The position numbers and the translations under genes are program-made. Shown one piece after another: positions 13,614 through 24,096 of a stretch of DNA of 64,000 bases. The DNA lies in the NCBI GenBank assembly GCA_963843845.1, contig CAWJMB010000002.1:2688001-2752000 (forward strand), given 5' to 3'. Each line of letters starts with the position of its first letter. Position 1 is the first letter of the stretch. The notes below the pieces were generated by a model that saw only the letters and a list, made by a program, of their open reading frames with translations, did no database searches and had not been told where the DNA came from. The DNA comes from an uncultured Gemmatimonadaceae bacterium (GTDB taxonomy: Bacteria; Gemmatimonadota; Gemmatimonadetes; Gemmatimonadales; Gemmatimonadaceae).

Positions 13614-16043
13614 TCACACGGCGACCGGCTCCTCCGCCTCCTCGGGCGTCTGCACGTCCCACTCGTTCGCGCACTTGAGGCAGCGCCGGTACGCGCCGCG
13701 CGTCTTGTTCGACTTCGCCTCGGCGCCGACGTTGCCGCACTCGGGGCAGACCTCCGCCACCGGCTTGTCCCAGACGACGAAGTCGCAGCTCGGGTAGTTC
13801 TCGCAGCCGTAGAACACCTTGCCGCGCGCCTTCGAGCGGCGCTCGGCGATGTCGCCGCCGTCTTTCGGGCACTTCACGCCCGTGGGAACCGATCTCGTGC
13901 CGCGGCACTTCGGGAAGCGGCTGCATCCGAGGAAGTCGCCGGAGCGGCCCTGGCGAAGGAGCATCGGCGCCCCGCACTCCTGACAGAGGTAGTCGGTGAC
14001 GACCGCCTCTTTCTTGTCGCCTCGGATCGGGCGCGTGTGCTTGCAGTGCTTCGGGTGGTTCTCGCAGGCGACGAACGGGCCGAAGAAGCCGCCCTTCGCG
14101 ACGAGCTTGCCGCCGCAGTCGGGGCAGCGCTCGTTCTCGAACACCGAGAGATCGTGCGCCTCGGCGATGAGCTGGTCGAGGTCGTTGTCGTTGAGCGTCG
14201 CGGAGAACGGCGTGTAGAACTCGTCGAGCACGTGCTGCCACGTGACGGCGCCGTCCTCGACGCGGTCGAGCTCCTCTTCCATGTTCGCCGTGAACGCGAC
14301 GTTGAACACGTCGGGGAACTTCTTCACCATCACCTTCTCGACCGTCTCGCCGAGCGGCGTCGGGAAGAAGCGGCGCTGCTCGAGGAGCACGTAGCGGCGG
14401 TCGGCGAGCACCGAGATGATGCTCGCGTACGTCGACGGCCGGCCGATGCCGAGCCGCTCGAGCTCCTTGACGAGGCTCGCTTCGGAGAAGCGCGGCGGGG
14501 GCTGCGTGAAGTGCTGCGCGGGGACGATCGCCTTCACGGGCACCTGCTCGCGAAGTTCGAGCGCCGGGAGCTCCTGCTCGTCCTCGAGCGCCTTCGCCTC
14601 GCCTTCCTCGCGCGTCTCCTTGTAGAGCGCGAGGAAGCCCTGGAACTTCACGACGCTGCCGGTCGAGCGGAACAGGTAGCGGTTCGGCGCGCCGTCGAGA
14701 TCGAAGTCGATCGTCGTCGTGTCGAAGACGGCCGGGGCCATCTGCGAGGCCATGAAGCGCTGCCAGATGAGCTGGTAGAGCTTGAACTGATCCTCCTTCA
14801 GATACCGCTGCACCTGGTCCGGACGGCGGCGGGGGTCGGCCGGACGAACACCTTCGTGCGCGTCCTGCGCGTTCTTCGCCTTGTTGCTCTCGTAGAGCTG
14901 CGGTGCGCTCGCGAGGAAGTCGGCGCCGAACAGCGTGTGCAGATAGTCGCGCGCCTCGAGCGCCGCGCTCTCGGCGACGCGCGTCGAGTCGGTCCGCATG
15001 TAGGTGATGAGGCCGACCGCACCTTCCTCCTTGCCCAGCTCGATCCCCTCGTAGAGATCTTGCGCGAGCCGCATCGTGCGCTTCGAGCCGAAGCCGAGCT
15101 TCTTCGCGGCTTCCTGCTGCAGGGTGCTCGTCGTGAACGGCGCCGACGGGTTCTTCCGGCGCTCGCGCCGCTTGACGTCGGTGACCGGGAACACGCGGCG
15201 ACCCTCGAGGTCGGCCAGGATCCGCTGCGCCGCCGCCTCGTTCCCGATCTCCGCCTTCTTGCCGTCGATCTGGTGCAGCTTCGCGCCGAACGTCTGCCCG
15301 GCCTTCTCGAGCGTGGCGCCGATCGACCAGTACTCGACCGGCGTGAAGGCGCGAATGTCGCGCTCGCGCTCGACGATGAGTCGCAGCGCGACGGTCTGCA
15401 CGCGACCCGCCGACAGCCCCTTCTTCACGGTCTTCCAGAGAATGGGGCTCGCCTTGTAGCCGACGAGCCGGTCGAGCACGCGCCGCGCCTGCTGCGCCTC
15501 GACTTTCTTCTCGTTGATCTGCGTCGCGTTCGCCATCGCGCGCTGCACGCCGTCTTTCGTGATCTCGTGAAAGAGCACGCGGCGGATCGGCGCGCCGTCC
15601 TTCCGCTTGATGACGGACACGACGTGCGCCCCGATCGCCTCGCCTTCGCGATCGGGGTCGGTCGCGATGAACACCTCGCGCGCGTCTTTCGCGTTCTTCT
15701 TCAACTCCGCGATGACGAGCTCCTTCCCGGGGATCGGCACGAGCTCGTGTCTGAACCCCCTGTCGACGTCGATCCCGAGCTTCTTCTCCGGCAGGTCGAG
15801 GACGTGCCCGACCGTCGCGCGCACCTTGTAGCCGCGGCCGAGGTACTTGCCGATCGTCTTCGCCTTCGCCGGGGACTCGACGATGACGAGCGCGGTGCCG
15901 CCCGGCTCGCTCGATTCGTCCTCGAGCGCTTCGGCGGCGCGCGCCGCGGCGGACCGTGTGGCCGCGGTCTTCTTCGTCGCGGTCTTCTTCGGCGCGACTT
16001 TCTTCGGCGCCGTTCGCGCGGAGGCTGTTTTCTTCGTTGGCAT
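13614..16043 (-). CDS. topA: DNA topoisomerase I with C-terminal zinc ribbons and Lys/Ala-rich N-terminal extension
   Basis: LVIVESPAKAKTI, ATDPDREGEAI, SAGRVQT, ITYMRTDS, AQDAHE, GIGRPSTYA, repeated CPxCG ribbons. Confidence 0.98.
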   Translation of the reverse strand: MPTKKTASARTAPKKVAPKKTATKKTAATRSAAARAAEALEDESSEPGGTALVIVESPAKAKTIGKYLGRGYKVRATVGHVLDLPEKKLGIDVDRGFRHELVPIPGKELVIAELKKNAKDAREVFIATDPDREGEAIGAHVVSVIKRKDGAPIRRVLFHEITKDGVQRAMANATQINEKKVEAQQARRVLDRLVGYKASPILWKTVKKGLSAGRVQTVALRLIVERERDIRAFTPVEYWSIGATLEKAGQTFGAKLHQIDGKKAEIGNEAAAQRILADLEGRRVFPVTDVKRRERRKNPSAPFTTSTLQQEAAKKLGFGSKRTMRLAQDLYEGIELGKEEGAVGLITYMRTDSTRVAESAALEARDYLHTLFGADFLASAPQLYESNKAKNAQDAHEGVRPADPRRRPDQVQRYLKEDQFKLYQLIWQRFMASQMAPAVFDTTTIDFDLDGAPNRYLFRSTGSVVKFQGFLALYKETREEGEAKALEDEQELPALELREQVPVKAIVPAQHFTQPPPRFSEASLVKELERLGIGRPSTYASIISVLADRRYVLLEQRRFFPTPLGETVEKVMVKKFPDVFNVAFTANMEEELDRVEDGAVTWQHVLDEFYTPFSATLNDNDLDQLIAEAHDLSVFENERCPDCGGKLVAKGGFFGPFVACENHPKHCKHTRPIRGDKKEAVVTDYLCQECGAPMLLRQGRSGDFLGCSRFPKCRGTRSVPTGVKCPKDGGDIAERRSKARGKVFYGCENYPSCDFVVWDKPVAEVCPECGNVGAEAKSNKTRGAYRRCLKCANEWDVQTPEEAEEPVAV

Positions 16044-16046
16044 GCG

Positions 16047-16478
16047 TCAGTGAATCGTCGCGGCCGCGGGGCCGTCGTCGAACCCGGCGCTGTCGAGCAG
16101 CGCGCGCAGTTCGGCGAGGCCGATGCGGCCGTCAGTATGCTGGAGAGCGCGGTCGATCAGCTGCTCGCGCTCGAAGGGGGTCAGCGTGCCGGCGGCCGTG
16201 AGCGCGAGGAGCTGGCCCCACGCGTCGGAGGCGAAGCGTGTGCGCTCGTGCGCCGCGAGAACACGAAACGTCGGGCCGTCGTGCCGCGGCGTGGTGCTCC
16301 GCGCGGCCTCAGCATGCTCTCCGCCGCCAAGGTGCGTCGCGAACTCGGCGAGGATCTCGCCGATCTGACGCGCGTCGTACCCTCGCGACGCGAGGTAGAC
16401 CTCGACCTCGCGGACGTCGGCCCCGGGCGCGAAGCGCTCGCGGAGCTCGGTCAGCAAGGCGGACAGCGTGTCGGTCAT
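16047..16478 (-). CDS. DUF494/Smg family protein
   Basis: YLASRGYD...FRVLAAHER...WGQLLAL...EREQLIDRAL, ending TIH; directly upstream of topA. Confidence 0.7.
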   Translation of the reverse strand: MTDTLSALLTELRERFAPGADVREVEVYLASRGYDARQIGEILAEFATHLGGGEHAEAARSTTPRHDGPTFRVLAAHERTRFASDAWGQLLALTAAGTLTPFEREQLIDRALQHTDGRIGLAELRALLDSAGFDDGPAAATIH

Positions 16479-16501
16479 GGGGTGCAGGGGCGGAGGGCGA
16501 G

Positions 16502-17039
16502 TCACAGCACGACGTTCGCGAGTCCGCCCGTCACGGCGGCGAGCGTATCCGCCACTTCGTCGAGCGACAGCGCCTCGGTATCGAGGATGTCGTCGGCCGT
16601 CGCGTAGAGTGCGGCGCGGCGGCGGCGCAGGGCGTCGAGCGCGGCGAGCGGATCGTCGCCGGCGAGCAGCGGGCGGGCGCCGAGCGCGTCGCCCATGCGG
16701 GCGAGTGCGGTCTCCGGGCTCACACGCAGGTAGATGATACGCGCCGACGGTCGCAATGTTGCCGAGGCGAGCGCATTGGCCATCCATCCGCCCCCGGGCG
16801 CGAGCACCATCGGCGCCCGATCGACGAGCTCCTCGGACAGCGCGACCTCACTCGCACGAAAGGCGGACTCGCCGTCGCGCGCGAACAGCTCGCGCGACCG
16901 AGCACCCCGCTCGGCGCTCCAGTTCGGCGTCGAAGTCGAGGAAGGGCCGGCCGATCCGCGCGGCGAGCCGGCGGCCGACCGCGGTCTTTCCGGCGCCCGG
17001 GAGCCCGACGAGCACGATGTGACACTCGGCGCAGGTCAC
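16502..17039 (-). CDS. aroK: Shikimate kinase (frameshift near 16895)
   Basis: [24 protein letters not shown], then GESAFR, PGGGW, RPLL, RAALY. Confidence 0.92.
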
Positions 17040-18254
17040 GCGACCGGCTCCGTGGCGGGCTCGACCACGATCCGCTCGCCGACGCGAGCGAGGTACCCGT
17101 CGTAGTTCCGCCGCGTCTCGGTCAGCGAGTCGCCGCCGAACTTCTCGAGGAAGGCCTGGGCGAGCACGAATGCCGCCATCGCTTCGGCGATCACGCCCAT
17201 CGCCGGGACGGCCGTGACGTCGCTGCGCTCCGCCGTCGCGGCGGCGGGCCCCGATGTCGCGACGTCGATCGTCTCGAGGGGGCGCATGAGGGTGCTGATC
17301 GGCTTCATCGCGACGCGCAGCACGAGCGGCTCGCCGGTCGTCATCCCGCCTTCCAGTCCGCCCGCGCGGTTCGTGCGGCGACGGACGTGGCCGGTACGCA
17401 GCCGCGCCGGTGCGAGCTCGATCTCGTCGTGCACGTCGGCGCCGGTGCGGCGCGCCGTCTCGAAGCCCATCCCGACTTCGACCCCCTTCACCGCGGGGAT
17501 GGACAGCATCGCCTGGGCGAGACGTCCGTCGAGCTTGCGATCCCAGCTCACGTGCGAGCCGAGCCCGACCGGCAGCCCGTCGACAGACGATCTCGCAGAT
17601 GCCGCCCAGCGTGTTGCCGGCTCGTTTGGTGACGTCGATGAGCGCGATCATGCGCGACTCCGCGTCAGGGTCGAGCGTGCGGAGCGGGCTGCCGTCCGCC
17701 GCCGCGTTCAGGTCGGCCGGGAGCGACACTGCTGTCGCGTCGATGCCGCCAAGGTGCACGAGGTGGCTGCCGATGCGGACGCCGAACTCGGCGAGGAGTC
17801 GGCGGCAGATCGCGCCGGCGGCGACGCGCGCCGTCGTCTCCCTGGCGGACGCACGCTCGAGGATGTCGCGGGCGTCGCTGCGGTCGTATTTCAGGACGCC
17901 CGTCAGGTCGGCGTGCCCCGGCCGAACGCGCGTGACCGCTCGGCGGCGTGGGTCGGGATCGCCGGCGTGGGGGGCCGGGTCCATGACGTCCTGCCAGTTC
18001 TTCCAGTCGGTGTTGCGGATCAGCATCGCGACCGGCGCGCCGATCGTCTCGCCGGCGCGCACGCCAGTCAGGAACTCGACCTGGTCGCGCTCGATCTGCA
18101 TGCGACGCCCTCGCCCGTAGCCCTGCTGCCGACGGGCGAGCTCGTGGTCGACGTGCTCGGCCAGCAGGGGCAGGCCGGCCGGGACGCCTTCGAGGATCGA
18201 GACGAGCGCCGGGCCGTGCGATTCGCCGGCGGTGGTGAAACGCAGTGCAGACAT
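17036..18254 (-). CDS. aroC: Chorismate synthase (frameshift near 17583)
   Basis: [58 protein letters not shown]. Confidence 0.96.
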
Positions 18255-18326
18255 CTATAGAGTGCGGGAGACGATCGACTGGTCGCGGAAGCTATTCGCG
18301 TGGTCAACCCCTCCCGCACGCCGGCC

Positions 18327-20789
18327 TCACCGCATGCGCACCCCGGCCGCGCACGCCGACGTGAACGGCTGGTCGACCGTCACGGTGATGACGCCGGTCG
18401 CCGAGGCGCCGACGAGCACGAGGCGGCCGTCGGGGCGCACCGACGACTTGATCGGACCGACGATCGGGTCGCGGACTTCGATGACGCCGACTTTCTGGTA
18501 GCAGTAGCTGTCGAAGACATCGATGCGCGGCCCCTCGCTCGCCGAGAACGCGAGTCGGGTCGACGCGGTCTCGGAGCTGAGGCCGGTGTTGCCGGGGTGG
18601 AAGTCGAAGCCGGCGTTGCTGCCGCCCGACGTCTGGATCAGCCCCTGGAGCCGGAGGGTCGGGTCGATGATGTACGTCGAGTCGGCGCGGATCGCCGACA
18701 GCGCCCCGTCGAAGTTGATCGCCACGCCGAGCACGCGGGCGGCCGAATTGACGACGTAGTCGGAGATGTCGAAGTAGCGCGAGACCCCCTCGTCGATCAT
18801 CGGGAACGAGTAGACGTACTGATTCCCGATCATCGTGAACGGCGTCACGGTCTGCATGCCGCGGCCCGCGTCGTAGAGCAGGGCGCGACTCGACTTCACC
18901 GGACCGCCTTCGCCGATGACGGCGCGTCGGAAGTTCCCGGAGTTGCGGACGAACGTCGTGTCGCGGAAGGCGAGGTTGCCGACGTTGACGACGACCGACA
19001 CGCGCACCGAGTCGCCGAGCGTGCCGTAGGCCCACTGCGAGTAGGGCACGAGCACCGAGTCGGCGCCGACGCCCTGCGCGGCGTAGCGGGTGATCTCGAG
19101 CGTGTCCGACCGCTTCGCCTCCTGGCCGATCGCCTGCTCGTAGAGGAAGTGCGAGGCGTGCGTCTTGAGATTCTCCCACCGCACCGAGCCGCGATTCGTG
19201 AACGGCGTCGGCTGCGCGCCGGTCGGCGTGGTCGAGTAGACGACGATCGCGTCGGCGCAGAGCCCCGTCCCGTCGGGGGTCGAGCAGGTCGCGGCGAGGT
19301 ACTGCGGACGGTCGCTGAAGTCGTAGCAGGTGCGCTGCTGGAACTTCTCCCCCGACGTCGCCACCTCGGTCGTGACGGTGCAGACGTGCATGTTCGGGAG
19401 CGGGTAGCGGTACACCTCGCGCCCCGTCGAGCCGCGCCGCAGATCGACGTAGCTGATGTTCGTGCCGCCGGAGTTGGCGATGAGGAGCGTGTCCCCCCCG
19501 GTGCCGTCGCGGTGGCGGGGCCAGGGCGCGATGCCCCAGGGACGCGAGCCGACGATGACCGGCGCGAGGAACTGGGTGTCGGCGAGACTGAACACCTCGA
19601 GCTGGTTCCGCTCGATGTTCGTGAGATACAGCCGGTCGTAGCGCTGGAGATAGATCGCGTCGGCGAGGCGGCCGCCGTTCGGCAGGCCGCGCGTGAGGCC
19701 GGCGACGAGCAGCGTCGTGTCGGCGCGGTCGGCGCCCGAGGCGAGCTTCGCGAGGCTGCGGCGGCCGGCGCCGTTCACCGCGAACGTCTTCACGACGAGC
19801 TGCGCCGGCGGGGTGACGCGAACCCGCCAGGTGAACGTCGTCTCCGCGGCGGTCAGGCGCCCCGACGAGGCGACCGAGTCGGACGCGACGAGCGCGCCGG
19901 CGAGCGTGCGCACCTCGTAGCCGAGCCGCGTGATGCCCGTCGGGTCGGTGGCGGCGACGCGCACCGTATCGTAGACCTCCGCGCGACGTGCGAGTCCGGG
20001 CGAGACGACCGGCACGCTGTTGACCGCGCTGAGCGGCTGCACGCTGTACGAGACCGGATCCCCCGAGGCGCGCTGGCCGAGCGAGTCGATGACGAACGGC
20101 GTCACGACGAGCACGCCCGCCTTGGTCGTGTCGGGGATGGCGATCGTGTCGAGGAGCGCGACCGTGTCGCGGAGCGGCGCCTTGAACAGCGTCGAGTCGG
20201 TCGTGACGTACGGGCCGCTCGTCGTGTAGCCGACCGCGCGTACGCGGAGCTGCGAGCGCGCGCTGAGGGAGATGACGCCGGACTTGCCGACGACGAACAG
20301 CGTTCCGCCCGTCGGGCCGGTGACGCTCACCTTCGGCGGCGCGACGTTGCCGACCATGAGCGACAGCGTGTCGGGGCGCGACTGGTTCGTCGCGCCGTCG
20401 ACGGCGTCGGCGACGACGGTGACGATCGAGCCGGTCGGTACGCCGCGCGCGACGGCGATCGAGAACGGGAGCGACACGTTCGTCACGGCCGTCGTGAACG
20501 TCGTGTCGTAGCTCCCTTTCACGCCGCCCGTGAGCCGGACGCGGACGGTCTTCACGCCGAGGTCGTCGGCGGCGTCGACCGCGAACGCGATCACGCTGTC
20601 AGCTGCAACGGACTTCCGGAGCGTGACGCGCGGCGCGGCCTTGTCGCCGATCGTCGACACCAGGGCGTCCGACTGCGCGCCGCACCCGCCGAGGAAGAGC
20701 AGGGCGAGGACGGCGCCGAGGGCGCGGAACACGCGGAGGATGCGCGGCCCCTCGCCGTCGTGCGGACTGGAAGGAGAACGGTTCGGCAT
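18327..20789 (-). CDS. Large lipoprotein: beta-sandwich/Ig-like repeats plus probable beta-propeller
   Basis: Lipobox LGGC; Thr/Val-rich N-half; propeller-like blades YLTNIERNQLEVF, VGSRPWGIA, LLIANSGGTNISYVD; starts 8 nt after the pilQ stop. Confidence 0.7.
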   Translation of the reverse strand: MPNRSPSSPHDGEGPRILRVFRALGAVLALLFLGGCGAQSDALVSTIGDKAAPRVTLRKSVAADSVIAFAVDAADDLGVKTVRVRLTGGVKGSYDTTFTTAVTNVSLPFSIAVARGVPTGSIVTVVADAVDGATNQSRPDTLSLMVGNVAPPKVSVTGPTGGTLFVVGKSGVISLSARSQLRVRAVGYTTSGPYVTTDSTLFKAPLRDTVALLDTIAIPDTTKAGVLVVTPFVIDSLGQRASGDPVSYSVQPLSAVNSVPVVSPGLARRAEVYDTVRVAATDPTGITRLGYEVRTLAGALVASDSVASSGRLTAAETTFTWRVRVTPPAQLVVKTFAVNGAGRRSLAKLASGADRADTTLLVAGLTRGLPNGGRLADAIYLQRYDRLYLTNIERNQLEVFSLADTQFLAPVIVGSRPWGIAPWPRHRDGTGGDTLLIANSGGTNISYVDLRRGSTGREVYRYPLPNMHVCTVTTEVATSGEKFQQRTCYDFSDRPQYLAATCSTPDGTGLCADAIVVYSTTPTGAQPTPFTNRGSVRWENLKTHASHFLYEQAIGQEAKRSDTLEITRYAAQGVGADSVLVPYSQWAYGTLGDSVRVSVVVNVGNLAFRDTTFVRNSGNFRRAVIGEGGPVKSSRALLYDAGRGMQTVTPFTMIGNQYVYSFPMIDEGVSRYFDISDYVVNSAARVLGVAINFDGALSAIRADSTYIIDPTLRLQGLIQTSGGSNAGFDFHPGNTGLSSETASTRLAFSASEGPRIDVFDSYCYQKVGVIEVRDPIVGPIKSSVRPDGRLVLVGASATGVITVTVDQPFTSACAAGVRMR

Positions 20790-20797
20790 GACGGCGC

Positions 20798-22950
20798 CTA
20801 GCGGCGGATGGTGGGGGCGGGCGCCGGCTCCCCCTCGTCGAGGATGTGCGGCGTGATGAGGATGAGGAGGTCGCGCTTCGTCTCCGACGTCGTCGTCTGC
20901 CCGAACAGGCGTCCGACGAGCGGCAGGTCGACGAGGAACGGGATGCCGGTGCGCGTCTTCGACTTCTCGGTGACCGTGAGGCCGCCGATGACCGCCGTCT
21001 CGCCGTCGCCGACGAGGAGCTGGTTGTCGGCGCGCTGGCGGTTGAACACGACGCCGACGTCCGACGGCCCGATCTGCGCATTCGAGTTCTCGGCGTTCAC
21101 GGAGAGCACGACGTTGCGGTTGTTCGTGACCTGGGGCGTGACGCTGAGCTTGATGCCGGCCTCTTCGAGCCGGACCGTGGCGCGGGGGAACGCGCCTCCG
21201 CTCCCTCCGGCGCCGCCGGCCCCGCCCGCGCTCGCGTCGATGACGCGGATCGGGATCTGCTGGCCGACGAAGATCTCCGCGGTGCGATTGTTCAGCGTGA
21301 CGATCGTCGGCTCCGACTGGATGTCGGCGAGCGACGACTGCTGCAACAGGTTCAGGAAGCTCGTGAGTTGAAAGCGCCCGATCGTCGCCGAGTAGATGAG
21401 GTTCAGGGCGGAGGGCGCGAGCGCGCGGTCCGCGTTCGCGAGCGCGGAGAGCGCGTTGCCGCCCACCGAGATGCGGTCCCCGTCGAACGGAGCGCCGCCG
21501 CCCAACGCGTCGTTCACGCCGTCGCCGTTCGTGTCGACCGGCTTGCGGGTGGTCGGGTCGATGCGCTTGACGAGCTGGTTGAAGAACTGCTGCGCGCCGG
21601 TGCCGAGGTCGTACGAGACGCCGATGTCCTCGAGGCCGGTGCGGTTGACGAAGATGATCTTCGCCTTGATCGCGACCTGGGGCGTGCGGACGTCGAGCTG
21701 CTGCAACCGCGCGACGATCTCCGGCATGTGCGACGGAACGTCGGTGATGAGCAGCTTGTTCGTCGCGGTGTCCGCGGTGACGGCGCCGCGCACGAGGCAG
21801 CTCCGCCCCCCGCCGCCTGCCCCGACGCGCCGCCGGCGCTCGACGGATTCGCGACTTCGGCGCCGGGCGCGACGCCGCAGTCGCGCGACAGCAGCGTCTC
21901 GATCACCGACCGGATCGACGACGCTTTCGCGTAGTTGATGTCGATGATCTGCGTCATCAGCGGCTCCACGGCGCGCGTCAGCGCGATGTTCTTGTAGCTG
22001 TCGACGGTGATGATGGCGCTCTTGTCCTCGGACGCGGCGAGGCCCTGCGCGCGGAGGATCGCCTGGAGCGCGACGTCCCACGGCTGCTCCTTGATCTCCG
22101 CCGTGACCGCGCCGCTGACCTCGCGCCCGACGATGATGGTGCGCCCCGAGAAGGAGGCGAACGTCGCGACGACGTCGTGGATGTCGGTGGCGGCGAACGT
22201 CGTCGTGATCTTCGGCGCCGTCGCGGCGCGCGCGACGGGCTCGGCGCGGGTCGGCTCGACACGGGTGTGCTCGGCGCGCACCGGCTCGTGGCCCGGGGCG
22301 ACGCGCTCGGCCCGCTCGGCCCGCTCGACACGCTCGACACGCTGATCGATGCGCTGCTCCAGCGCCGCTTCCAGGTGCGCCTCGCGCGCGGAGTCGCGGG
22401 CCGGCTCCGTCGCGGGCGCGACCGACACGGCGCCGCTCTGCCACGGCGCGAACTCGCTCGCGGCGCCCTTCACGATGACGTGCACCTCGCCGTTCGCCTG
22501 GCGCACTTCGTAGCCGCGGAGCATGTCCAGCTCGACGACGATGCGGACGACGCCGGCGCGGAACTGCGACAGGCGCACGTTCGTCACGCCGCCGCGCGCC
22601 GTGCGGTCGTATGCCCGCGCCGCATGCGCGAGCGTCGCGCCGGCGATGTCGACGACCACGCGGTGCGGCGACGTCAGCACGAAGTCCTGCACCGTGACCG
22701 GCTGTCCGACGTGGATGCTCACGTCCGCCGAGCCGCCGTCGGTCGCGGTGCCGCCCGTGGGCGCGACGCGGACCGCGGTCACGGCGCCGCGCGCGGGGGC
22801 CGCGGCGAGCCGCGCGCTGCGAAACGCCGCCGGCGCCGTCGTGGGTGCCGCCGTCGTGGGTGCCGCCGTCGGCGCCGCCGTCGGCGCCGACGGCGTCGGG
22901 GCGGCGTGCAGCGCGGCGGCCGCGGTGATCAGAGTGCCAACGCCTCTCAT
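20798..22950 (-). CDS. pilQ: Type IV pilus secretin with AMIN domain (frameshift near 21815)
   Basis: AMIN-like DFVLTSPHRVVVDI...VRIVVEL; PWDVALQAIL; LDVRTPQVAIKAKI; GIKLSVTPQV; GETAVIGGL; GIPFLVDLPLVGRLF; LLILITPHI. Confidence 0.93.
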
Positions 22951-23453
22951 TTGCTCCTCACTGCAGTTGAATCGCTGAGCGCCAGCGTCTCCTGGCGGCT
23001 GTAACCGAGCTCCTCGATCGTGAAGACGACGGCCTTCTGGCGGATCGCGGCGACGCGCATGCGGCCTAACGGGGTGCCGACGCGCACGCGGTGTTGCTGC
23101 TTCGAGTTGACGTCGCGAAGGATCGCGACCGACGCGCCGGCCGGGTCGTACGCCACGGCCACGAGCCGCAGCTCGGCGAGCGCGGGGCGCAGGACGGTCG
23201 TCGTCATGAGCGAGCGGAAGGGGTCGCGGCGACCGGCGCCGGCGTAGTCGTAGACCTCGCGCTCGATGGTGACCTCGGTCAGCGGCTTCTTCGCCGCCGT
23301 GACGGTCGACGGCGCCGACGCGTGCGTCGGTGCGGCGTGCCGGTCGGCGACGGCGTGCACGGCGGTCTGCGCGCCGAGCGACGTCGCGGCGATCGCGGTC
23401 GCGAGTGCGGCGCCGAGCGCCGCGCGGCAGGCGCCTGAGGGGCGGCAGCTCAT
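22947..23453 (-). CDS. PilP-like pilus assembly protein
   Basis: YDYAGAGRRDPF motif, LRLVAV, RVRVGTPLG; lies between pilO and pilQ with overlapping stop/start. Confidence 0.7.
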   Translation of the reverse strand: MSCRPSGACRAALGAALATAIAATSLGAQTAVHAVADRHAAPTHASAPSTVTAAKKPLTEVTIEREVYDYAGAGRRDPFRSLMTTTVLRPALAELRLVAVAYDPAGASVAILRDVNSKQQHRVRVGTPLGRMRVAAIRQKAVVFTIEELGYSRQETLALSDSTAVRSK

Positions 23454-24094
23454 GGAATCGTCTCCCCGGCTCGGGTTTCGGCGTGCTCCGACGAGTCGCG
23501 CCCGGCGCCGGGGACCGGCGCATGCGCGACGAACGCCTGCAGCGTGACCGAGGCGGCGAGCGGCGCGGCCTTGCCGGTCGCGCCCTTCGCCGCCGCCTCG
23601 TTCGTCATGGCGAGCGTGAACGTCACCGGCGCGACGATGCGTGGCAGCGAGCCCACGTTCGCGAGGAAATGCGCGAGCGCGTGGTAGCCGCCGGTCGCCG
23701 AGATGCGATAGCGGTAGGTGTCGAGTTCGTCGCCGCGGAGGACCGGCTCGGGCGTGACGCCGGCGATCTCGAGTCCGGCGCGGCGCGCGGCGGTCGAGAT
23801 CTCCTCGAGCAGGGCGGGCACCTCGTGCTCGGTCGGGACGAGTCGCTGCATCGCCTCGAGCCCCGCGCCGGCGCGCGCCGCTTCGGCCTTCAGCGTCTCG
23901 ACGTCGCGGCGCGACGCCTGGACGCGCGCCTTCGCATTCTGCGACTCGAGCGCGTCGATGTGCTCGCGCACCGCGTCGAGCTCCGCGGCCTGCGCGGTGT
24001 ACGGATAGGCGTAGTAGTAGCCGGCGAGCGCGAGCGCGACGACGGCGATCGCGACCTTCGTCTGGTCGCGCTGCGAGCTGGGAAGGAGACCCAC
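23450..24094 (-). CDS. pilO: Type IV pilus assembly protein PilO
   Basis: N-terminal TM, coiled coil, LVPTEHEVPALLEEIS, GGYHALAHFLANVGSLPRIV; GTG with GAGG RBS. Confidence 0.88.
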   Translation of the reverse strand: MGLLPSSQRDQTKVAIAVVALALAGYYYAYPYTAQAAELDAVREHIDALESQNAKARVQASRRDVETLKAEAARAGAGLEAMQRLVPTEHEVPALLEEISTAARRAGLEIAGVTPEPVLRGDELDTYRYRISATGGYHALAHFLANVGSLPRIVAPVTFTLAMTNEAAAKGATGKAAPLAASVTLQAFVAHAPVPGAGRDSSEHAETRAGETIP

Positions 24095-24096
24095 GG

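Noticed and set aside
14037..16607. Long antisense ORFs (also 2120-3409, 18300-20801, 48402-51062 and others)
   Set aside because: Shadow frames of real genes in high-GC DNA; no recognisable motifs.
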